A DNA stretch of 64,000 nucleotides from Auanema rhodensis (taxonomy: Eukaryota; Animalia; Nematoda): assembly GCA_964057225.1 (NCBI GenBank), contig OZ059897.1, positions 1,488,001 through 1,552,000 of the forward strand, given 5' to 3'. The translations under genes and the position numbers were made by a program. Below the pieces are notes generated by a model. That model saw only the letters and a list, made by a program, of their open reading frames with translations, searched no databases and was not told where the DNA came from. Position 1 is the first letter of the stretch, and every line of letters starts with the position of its first letter. Shown in pieces: positions 53,699-64,000 of this stretch.

Positions 53699-55802
53699 TC
53701 ACCCTGAAGAATTAATTTTTTCGTTGAATAACATTGTCCATCGTCTTCGCCTTGAGAAAAGAAATCTAAAAACATCTACTTTTGGTAAAATTATTTTGAA
53801 ATTTTTCAGGAAAATTTTTGTCAAAATGTTTTTGGAATCAATGTTGAGTGTACATGGAAACTCAACATACACTAATGCATAATTTTTTAAACGATCATAA
53901 CTAATTTTTGTATTGAGCGTTTCTTAATGTATTATAGTGCATTCGATACGGATTTTTAAGCTGCTTCGATCTGTGTTATCAGATTTGCGCTAGCAAAGAA
54001 ATGCACCGAGATATCAACTGATATAAGTTCACACTTATATCCTCGATTTTCACCCTGAAGAATTAATTTTTTCGTTGATTAACATTGTCCATCGTCTTTG
54101 CCTTGAAAAAAGGAATCTAAAAACATCTACTTTTGTGAAATTATTTTGAAATTTTTTGGCAAAATTTTTGTCAAAATGTTTTTGAAAGCAATGTTGAGTG
54201 TACATGGAAACTCAACATACACTAATGCAACATTTTTCAAACGATCATAACTAATTTTTGTATTGAGCGTTTCTTAATGTATTATAGTGCATTCGATGCG
54301 GATTTTTAAGCTGCTTCGATCTGTGTTATCAGATTTGCGCTAGCTTAAAAATGCACCAAGATATCAACTGATATAAGTTCACACTTATATCCTCGATTTT
54401 CACCCTGAAGAATTAATTTTTTCGTTGATTAACATTGTCCATCGTCTTTGCCTTGAAAAAAGGAATCTAAAAACATCTACTTTTTGTGAAATTATTTTGA
54501 AATTTTTTGGCAAAATTTTTGTCAAAATGTTTTTGGAAGCAATGTTGAGTGTACATGGAAACTCAACATACACTAATGCATCATTTTTCAAACGATCATA
54601 ACTAATTTTTGTATTGAGCGTTTTTTAATGTATTATAGTGCATTCGATACGGATTTTTAAGCTGCTTCGATCTCTGTTATCAGATTTGCGCTAGCTTAGA
54701 AATGCACCGAGATATCAACTGATATAAGTTCACACTTATATCCTCGATTTTCACCCTGAAGAATTAATTTTTTCGTTGAATAACATTGTTCATCGTCTTC
54801 GCCTTGAGAAAAGAAATCTAAAAACATCTACTTTTGGTAAAATTATTTTGAAATTTTTCAGGAAAATTTTTGTCAAAATGTTTTTGGAATCAATGTTGAG
54901 TGTACATGGAAACTCAACATACACTAATGCATAATTTTTTAAACGATCATAACTAATTTTTGTATTGAGCGTTTCTTAATGTATTATAGTGCATTCGATA
55001 CGGATTTTTAAGCTGCTTCGATCTGTGTTATCAGATTTGCGCTAGCAAAGAAATGCACCGAGATATCAACTGATATAAGTTCACACTTATATCCTCGATT
55101 TTCACCCTGAAGAATTAATTTTTTCGTTGATTAACATTGTCCATCGTCTTTGCCTTGAAAAAAGGAATCTAAAAACATCTACTTTTGTGAAATTATTTTG
55201 AAATTTTTTGGCAAAATTTTTGTCAAAATGTTTTTGAAAGCAATGTTGAGTGTACATGGAAACTCAACATACACTAATGCAACATTTTTCAAACGATCAT
55301 AACTAATTTTTGTATTGAGCGTTTCTTAATGTATTATAGTGCATTCGATGCGGATTTTTAAGCTGCTTCGATCTGTGTTATCAGATTTGCGCTAGCTTAA
55401 AAATGCACCAAGATATCAACTGATATAAGTTCACACTTATATCCTCGATTTTCACCCTGAAGAATTAATTTTTTCGTTGATTAACATTGTCCATCGTCTT
55501 TGCCTTGAAAAAAGGAATCTAAAAACATCTACTTTTTGTGAAATTATTTTGAAATTTTTTGGCAAAATTTTTGTCAAAATGTTTTTGGAAGCAATGTTGA
55601 GTGTACATGGAAACTCAACATACACTAATGCATCATTTTTCAAACGATCATAACTAATTTTTGTATTGAGCGTTTTTTAATGTATTATAGTGCATTCGAT
55701 ACGGATTTTTAAGCTGCTTCGATCTCTGTTATCAGATTTGCGCTAGCTTAGAAATGCACCGAGATATCAACTGATATAAGTTCACACTTATATCCTCGAT
55801 TT
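53699..55802. repeat. Trimer HOR (1052 bp x2) of mostly left-domain-type monomers
   Basis: CTTGAGAAAA (53699/54751), CACCAAG with T-deletion (54050/55102), GATCTCTG (54400/55452). Confidence 0.9.
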
Positions 55803-58800
55803 TCACCCTGAAGAATTAATTTTTTCGTTGAATAACATTGTTCATCGTCTTCGCCTTGAAAAAAGAAATCTAAAAACATCTACTTTTGGTAAAATTATTT
55901 TGAAATTTTTCAGGAAAATTTTTGTCAAAATGTTTTTGGAAGCAATGTTGAGTGTACATGGAAACTCAACATACACTAATGCAACATTTTTCAAACAATC
56001 ATAAATAATTTTTGTATTGAGCGTTTCTTAATGTATTATAGTGCATTCGATACGGATTTTTAAGCTGCTTCGATCTGTGTTATCAGATTTGCGCTAGCTT
56101 AAAAATGCACCGAGATATCAACTGATATAAGTTCACACTTATATCCTCGATTTTCACCCTGAAGAATTAATTTTTTCGTTGATTAACATTGTCCATCGTC
56201 TTTGCCTTGAAAAAAGGAATCTAAAAACATCTACTTTTCGTGAAATTATTTTGAAATTTTTCGGGAAAATTTTTGTCAAAATGTTTTTGGAAGCAATGTT
56301 GAGTGTACATGGAAACTCAACATACACTAATGCAACATTTTTCAAACAATCATAAATAATTTTTGTATTGAGCGTTTCTTAATGTATTATAGTGCATTCG
56401 ATGCGGATTTTAAAGCTGCGTCGATCTGTGTTATCAGATTTGAGTTAGCTTAAAAATGCACCGAGATATCAACTGATATAAGTTCACACTTATATCCTCG
56501 ATTTTCACCCTGAAGAATTAATTTTTTCGTTGAATAACATTGTCCATCGTCTTCGCCTTGAAAAAAGAAATCTAAAAACATCTACTTTTGGTAAAATTAT
56601 TTTGAAATTTTTCAGGAAAATTTTTGTCAAAATGTTTTTGGAATCAATGTTGAGTGTACATGGAAACTCAACATACACTAATGCATAATTTTTTAAACGA
56701 TCATAACTAATTTTTGTATTGAGCGTTTCTTAATGTATTATAGTGCATTCGATGCGGATTTTTAAGCTGCGTCGATCTGTGTTATCAGATTTGCGCTAGC
56801 TTAGAAATGCACCGAGATATCAACTGATATAAGTTCACACTTATATCCTCGATTTTCACCCTGAAGAATTAATTTTTTCGTTGAATAACATTGTCCATCG
56901 TCTTCGCCTTGAAAAAAGGAATTTAAAAACATCTACTTTTTGTGAAATTATTTTGAAATTTTTTGGCAAAATTTTTGTCAAAATGTTTTTGAAAGCAATG
57001 TTGAGTGTACATGGAAACTCAACATACACTAATGCAACATTTTTCAAACGATCATAACTAATTTTTGTATTGAGCGTTTCTTAATGTATTATAGTGCATT
57101 CGATGCGAATTTTTAAGCTGCGTCGATCTGTGTTATCAGATTTGAGTTAGCTTAAAAATGCACCGAGATATCAACTGATATAAGTTCACACTTATATCCT
57201 CGATTTTCACCCTGAAGAATTAATTTTTTCGTTGAATAACATTGTCCATCGTCTTTGCCTTGAAAAAAGAAATCTAAAAACATCTACTTTTGGTAAAATT
57301 ATTTTGAAATTTTTCAGGAAAATTTTTGTCAAAATGTTTTTGGAATCAATGTTGAGTGTACATGGAAACTCAACATACACTAATGCATAATTTTTTAAAC
57401 GATCATAACTAATTTTTGTATTGAGCGTTTCTTAATGTATTATAGTGCATTCGATGCGGATTTTTAAGCTGCGTCGATCTGTGTTATCAGATTTGCGCTA
57501 GCTTAGAAATGCACCGAGATATCAACTGATATAAGCTCACACTTATATCCTCGATTTTCACCCTGAAGAATTAATTTTTTCGTTGATTAACATTGTCCAT
57601 CGTCTTTGCCTTGAAAAAAGAAATCTAAAAACATCTACTTTTGGTAAAATTATTTTGAAATTTTTCAGGAAAATTTTTGTCAAAATGTTTTTGGAAGCAA
57701 TGTTGAGTGTACATGGAAACTCAACATACACTAATGCATAATTTTTTAAACGATCATAACTAATTTTTGTATTGAGCGTTTCTTAATGTATTATAGTGCA
57801 TTCGATGCGGATTTTTAAGCTGCGTCGATCTGTGTTATCAGATTTGCGCTAGCTTAGAAATGCACCGAGATATCAACTGATATAAGTTCACACTTATATC
57901 CTCGATTTTCACCCTGAAGAATTAATTTTTTCGTTGAATAACATTGTCCATCGTCTTCGCCTTGAAAAAAGGAATTTAAAAACATCTACTTTTTGTGAAA
58001 TTATTTTGAAATTTTTTGGCAAAATTTTTGTCAAAATGTTTTTGAAAGCAATGTTGAGTGTACATGGAAACTCAACATACACTAATGCAACATTTTTCAA
58101 ACGATCATAACTAATTTTTGTATTGAGCGTTTCTTAATGTATTATAGTGCATTCGATGCGGATTTTTAAGCTGCTTCGATCTGTGTTATCAGATTTGCGC
58201 TAGCTTAAAAATGAACCGAGATATCAACTGATATAAGTTCACACTTATATCCTCGATTTTCACCCTGAAGAATTAATTTTTTCGTTGAATAACATTGTCC
58301 ATCGTCTTCGCCTTGAAAAAAGAAATCTAAAAACATCTACTTTTGGTAAAATTATTTTGAAATTTTTCAGGAAAATTTTTGTCAAAATGTTTTTGGAATC
58401 AATGTTGAGTGTACATGGAAACCCAACATACACTAATGCATAATTTTTTAAACGATCATAACTAATTTTTGTATTGAGCGTTTCTTAATGTATTATAGTG
58501 CATTCGATGCGGATTTTTAAGCTGCGTCGATCTGTGTTATCAGATTTGCGCTAGCTTAGAAATGCACCGAGATATCAACTGATATAAGTTCACACTTATA
58601 TCCTCGATTTTCACCCTGAAGAATTAATTTTTTCGTTGATTAACATTGTCCATCGTCTTTGCCTTAAAAAAAGGAATCTAAAAACATCTACTTTTTGTGA
58701 AATTATTTTGAAATTTTTTGGCAAAATTTTTGTCAAAATGTTTTTGGAAGCAATGTTGAGTGTACATGGAAACTCAACATACACTAATGCATAATTTTTT

Positions 58801-60365
58801 AAACAATCATAACTAATTTTTGTATTGAGCGTTTCTCAATGTATTATAGTGCATTCGATGCGGATTTTTAAGCTGCGTCGATCTGTGTTATCAGATTTGA
58901 GTTAGCTTAAAAATGCACCGAGATATCAACTGATATAAGTTCACACTTATATCCTCGATTTTCACCCTGAAGAATTAATTTTTTCGTTGAATAACATTGT
59001 CCATCGTCTACGCCTTGAAAAAAGAAATCTAAAAACATCTACTTTTGGTAAAATTATTTTGAAATTTTTCAGGAAAATTTTTGTCAAAATGTTTTTGGAA
59101 TCAATGTTGAGTGTACATGGAAACTCAACATACACTAATGCATAATTTTTTAAACGATCATAACTAATTTTTGTATTGAGCGTTTCTTAATGTATTAAAG
59201 TGCATTCGATGCGGATTTTTAAGCTGCGTCGATCTGTGTTATCAGATTTGCGCTAGCTTAAAAATGCACCGAGATATCAACTGATATAAGTTCACACTTA
59301 TATCCTCGATTTTCACCCTGAAGAATGAATTTTTTCGTTGAATAACATTGTCCATCGTCTTCGCCTTGAAAAAAGGAATTTAAAAACATCTACTTTTTGT
59401 GAAATTATTTTGAAATTTTTTGGCAAAATTTTTGTCAAAATGTTTTTGAAAGCAATGTTGAGTGTACATGGAAACTCAACATACACTAATGCAACATTTT
59501 TCAAACGATCATAACTAATTTTTGTATTGAGCGTTTCTTAATGTATTATAGTGCATTCGATGCGGATTTTTAAGCTGCGTCGATCTGTGTTATCAGATTT
59601 GCGCTAGCTTAGAAATGCACCGAGATATCAACTGATATAAGTTCACACTTATATCCTCGATTTTCACCCTGAAGAATTAATTTTTTCGTTGAATAACATT
59701 GTCCATCGTCTTCGCCTTGAAAAAAGGAATTTAAAAACATCTACTTTTTGTGAAATTATTTTGAAATTTTTTGGCAAAATTTTTGTCAAAATGTTTTTGA
59801 AAGCAATGTTGAGTGTACATGGAAACTCAACATACACTAATGCAACATTTTTCAAACGATCATAACTAATTTTTGTATTGAGCGTTTCTTAATGTATTAT
59901 AGTGCATTCGATGCGGATTTTTAAGCTGCGTCGATCTGTGTTATCAGATTTGAGTTAGCTTAAAAATGCACCGAGATATCAACTGATATAAGTTCACACT
60001 TATATCCTCGATTTTCACCCTGAAGAATTAATTTTTTCGTTGAATAACATTGTCCATCGTCTTCGCCTTGAAAAAAGAAATCTAAAAACATCTACTTTTG
60101 GTAAAATTATTTTGAAATTTTTCAGGAAAATTTTTGTCAAAATGTTTTTGGAATCAATGTTGAGTGTACATGGAAACTCAACATACACTAATGCATAATT
60201 TTTTAAACGATCAAAACTAATTTTTGTATTGAGCGTTTCTTAATGTATTATAGTGCATTCGATGCGGATTTTTAAGCTGCGTCGATCTGTGTTATCAGAT
60301 TTGCGCTAGCTTAGAAATGCACCGAGATATCAACTGATATAAGTTCACACTTATATCCTCGATTT

Positions 60366-62822
60366 TCACCCTGAAGAATTAATTTTTTCGTTGAATAACA
60401 TTGTCCATCGTCTTCGCCTTGAAAAAAGGAATTTAAAAACATCTACTTTTTGTGAAATTATTTTGAAATTTTTTGGCAAAATTTTTGTCAAAATGTTTTT
60501 GAAAGCAATGTTGAGTGTACATGGAAACTCAACATACACTAATGCAACATTTTTCAAACGATCATAACTAATTTTTGTATTGAGCGTTTCTTAATGTATT
60601 ATAGTGCATTCGATGCGGATTTTTAAGCTGCTTCGATCTGTGTTATCAGATTTGCGCTAGCTTAAAAATGCACCGAGATATCAACTGATATAAGTTAACA
60701 CTTATATCCTCGATTTTCACCCTGAAGAATTAATTTTTTCGTTGATTAACATTGTCCATCGTCTTGGCCTTGAAAAAAGGAATCTAAAAACATCTACTTT
60801 TTGTGAAATTATTTTGAAATTTTTTGGCAAAATTTTTGTCAAAATGTTTTTGAAAGCAATGTTGAGTGTACATGGAAACTCAACATACACTAATGCAACA
60901 TTTTTCAAACGATCATAACTAATTTTTGTATTGAGCGTTTCTTAATGTATTATAGTGCATTCGATGCGGATTTTTAAGCTGCTTCGATCTGTGTTATCAG
61001 ATTTGCGCTAGCTTAAAAATGCACCGAGATATCAACTGATATAAGTTCACACTTATATCCTCGATTTTCACCCTGAAGAATTAATTTTTTCGTTGAATAA
61101 CATTGTCCCTCGTCTTCGCCTTGAAAAAAGAAATCTAAAAACATCTACTTTTGGTAAAATTATTTTGAAATTTTTCAGGAAAATTTTTGTCAAAATGTTT
61201 TTGGAAGCAATGTTGAGTGTACATGGAAACTCAACATACACTAATGCATAATTTTTCAAACGATCATAACTAATTTTTGTATTGAGCGTTTCTTAATGTA
61301 TTATAGTGCATTCGATGCGGATTTTTAAGCTGCGTCGATCTGTGTTATCAGATTTGCGCTAGCTTAGAAATGCACCGAGATATCAACTGATATAAGTTCA
61401 CACTTATATCCTCGATTTTCACCCTGAAGAATTAATTTTTTCGTTGAATAACATTGTCCATCGTCTTCGCCTTGAAAAAAGGAATTTAAAAACATCTACT
61501 TTTTGTGAAATTATTTTGAAATTTTTTGGCAAAATTTTTGTCAAAATGTTTTTGAAAGCAATGTTGAGTGTACATGGAAACTCAACATACACTAATGCAA
61601 CATTTTTCAAACGATCATAACTAATTTTTGTATTGAGCGTTTCTTAATGTATTATAGTGCATTCGATGCGGATTTTTAAGCTGCTTCGATCTGTGTTATC
61701 AGATTTGCGCTAGCTTAAAAATGCACCGAGATATCAACTGATATAAGTTAACACTTATATCCTCGATTTTCACCCTGAAGAATTAATTTTTTCGTTGATT
61801 AACATTGTCCATCGTCTTGGCCTTGAAAAAAGGAATCTAAAAACATCTACTTTTTGTGAAATTATTTTGAAATTTTTTGGCAAAATTTTTGTCAAAATGT
61901 TTTTGAAAGCAATGTTGAGTGTACATGGAAACTCAACATACACTAATGCAACATTTTTCAAACGATCATAACTAATTTTTGTATTGAGCGTTTCTTAATG
62001 TATTATAGTGCATTCGATGCGGATTTTTAAGCTGCTTCGATCTGTGTTATCAGATTTGCGCTAGCTTAAAAATGCACCGAGATATCAACTGATATAAGTT
62101 CACACTTATATCCTCGATTTTCACCCTGAAGAATTAATTTTTTCGTTGAATAACATTGTCCCTCGTCTTCGCCTTGAAAAAAGAAATCTAAAAACATCTA
62201 CTTTTGGTAAAATTATTTTGAAATTTTTCAGGAAAATTTTTGTCAAAATGTTTTTGAAAGCAATGTTGAGTGTACATGGAAACTCAACATACACTAATGC
62301 AACATTTTTCAAACGATCATAACTAATTTTTGTATTGAGCGTTTCTTAATGTATTATAGTGCATTCGATGCGGATTTTTAAGCTGCTTCGATCTGTGTTA
62401 TCAGATTTGCGCTAGCTTAAAAATGCACCGAGATATCAACTGATATAAGTTAACACTTATATCCTCGATTTTCACCCTGAAGAATTAATTTTTTCGTTGA
62501 TTAACATTGTCCATCGTCTTGGCCTTGAAAAAAGGAATCTAAAAACATCTACTTTTTGTGAAATTATTTTGAAATTTTTTGGCAAAATTTTTGTCAAAAT
62601 GTTTTTGAAAGCAATGTTGAGTGTACATGGAAACTCAACATACACTAATGCAACATTTTTCAAACGATCATAACTAATTTTTGTATTGAGCGTTTCTTAA
62701 TGTATTATAGTGCATTCGATGCGGATTTTTAAGCTGCTTCGATCTGTGTTATCAGATTTGCGCTAGCTTAAAAATGCACCGAGATATCAACTGATATAAA
62801 TTCACACTTATATCCTCGATTT
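60366..62822. repeat. Trimer HOR (1053 bp) ending in a recombinant dimer
   Basis: AAGTTAACAC (60366, 61419, 62121), CTTGGCC (60717, 61770, 62472), GTCCCTCG (61068, 62121). Confidence 0.88.
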
Positions 62823-64000
62823 TCACCCTGAAGAATTAATTTTTTCGTTGAATAACATTGTCCATCGTCTTCGCCTTGAAAAAAGAAATCTAAAAACATC
62901 TACTTTTCGTAAAATTATTTTGAAATTTTTCAGGAAACTTTTGTCAAAATGTTTTTGGAAGCAATGTTGAGTGTACATGGAAACTCAACATACACTAATG
63001 CATAATTTTTTAAACAATCATAACTAATTTTTGTATTGAGCGTTTCTTAATGTATTATAGTGCATTCGATGCGGATTTTAAAGCTGCGTCGAGCTGTGTT
63101 ATCAGATTTGAGTTAGCTTAAAAATGCACCGAGATATCAACTGATATAAGTTCACACTTATATCCTCGATTTTCACCCTGAAGAATTAATTTTTTCGTTG
63201 AATAACATTGTCCATCGTCTTCGCCTTGAAAAAAGAAATCTAAAAACATCTACTTTTGGTAAAATTATTTTGAAATTTTTCAGGAAAAATTTGTCAAAAT
63301 GTTTTTGGAAGCAATGTTGAGTGTACATGGAAACTCAACATACACTAATGCAACATTTTTCAAACGATCATAACTAATTTTTGTATTGAGCGTTTCTTAA
63401 TGTATTATAGTGCATTCGATGCGGATTTTAAAGCTGCGTCGATCTGTGTTATCAGATTTGAGTTAGCTTAAAAATGCACCGAGATATCAACTGATATAAG
63501 TTCACACTTATATCCTCGATTTTCACCCTGAAGAATTAATTTTTTCGTTGAATAACATTGTCCATCGTCTTCGCCTTGAAAAAAGAAATCTAAAAACATC
63601 TACTTTTCGTAAAATTATTTTGAAATTTTTCAGGAAAATTTTTGTCAAAATGTTTTTGGAAGCAATGTTGAGTGTACATGGAAACTCAACATACACTAAT
63701 GCATAATTTTTTAAACAATCATAACTAATTTTTGTATTGAGCGTTTCTTAATGTATTATAGTGCATTCGATGCGGATTTTAAAGCTGCGTCGATCTGTGT
63801 TATCAGATTTGAGTTAGCTTAAAAATGCACCGAGATATCAACTGATATAAGTTCACACTTATATCCTCGATTTTCACCCTGAAGAATTAATTTTTTCGTT
63901 GAATAACATTGTCCATCGTCTTCGCCTTGAAAAAAGAAATCTAAAAACATCTACTTTTGGTAAAATTATTTTGAAATTTTTCAGGAAAAATTTGTCAAAA
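62823..64000. repeat. Dimer periodicity (700-701 bp) at the right edge
   Basis: TTTCGTAAAA in 62823/63523; GGAAAAATTTGTC in 63173/63874. Confidence 0.75.

Larger units (their letters stand above)
1..64000. repeat. Tandem satellite DNA array, 351-bp monomer, ~182 head-to-tail copies, extending beyond both window edges
   Basis: The anchor TCACCCTGAAGAATT recurs at 343, 700, 1050, 1401, (1752, TCATCC variant), 2102 and so on to 63173, 63523 and 63874. Spacing is mostly exactly 351 bp, with 350/352 from single-base indels, 338 (x3), 357 (x1) and 405 (x1). No unique sequence or inversion was seen. Confidence 0.99.

Noticed and set aside
343-62663. ~100 copies of a 63-aa minus-strand ORF (MKNVALVYVEFPCTLNI...)
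   Set aside because: It is simply part of the monomer. It starts at TTG, is lost in about 40% of copies through frameshifts, stops or start loss, its variants are mostly amino-acid changing, its F/K/I/N bias reflects A/T tracts, and I recognise no domain.
1-64000. CRISPR array or other repeat-spacer system
   Set aside because: The hairpin-bearing segments are separated by near-identical sequence, not unique spacers, and no cas genes are present.
1-64000. Tandem 5S rRNA, tRNA, snRNA or spliced-leader gene array
   Set aside because: I recognise no such RNA sequence, cloverleaf or Pol III box A/B/C in the monomer on either strand. I could not run a covariance search.
1-64000. Assignment to a named satellite (e.g. 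Drosophila 1.688/359-bp, beetle ~350-bp satellites) or a CENP-B box
   Set aside because: Monomer size and AT content are similar, but I cannot match the sequence to a named family from memory, and I saw no canonical CENP-B box.
1-64000. Embedded transposon, inversion or unique island
   Set aside because: The monomer anchors account for all positions in a single orientation; the largest irregularity is the 54-bp duplication.

Overview
The whole 64-kb window is one uninterrupted head-to-tail satellite DNA array of about 182 copies of a 351-bp AT-rich monomer (about 31% GC, counted in the copy at 1401-1751). All copies have the same orientation. I found no gene, transposon insertion, RNA gene or CRISPR array. 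The ~100 repeated 63-aa minus-strand ORFs are a by-product of the monomer. This looks like eukaryotic heterochromatic or (peri)centromeric satellite (inference); I cannot name the family or species. Three layers of structure are visible. (1) Each monomer carries a phased A/T-tract region followed by three inverted repeats, two of them in the least variable parts of the unit. (2) Monomers are mosaics of roughly 15 recurring variable sites and fall into subfamily domains, with transitions near 700, 29.1 kb, 53.7 kb and 55.8-56.5 kb. (3) Local higher-order repeats of 2, 3, 4, 7 and 11 monomers, microhomology-flanked indels, chimeric monomers and isolated divergent copies record unequal exchange and conversion. 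I found no evidence of a new protein-coding system. The best candidate for something functional is the multi-hairpin architecture of the monomer.
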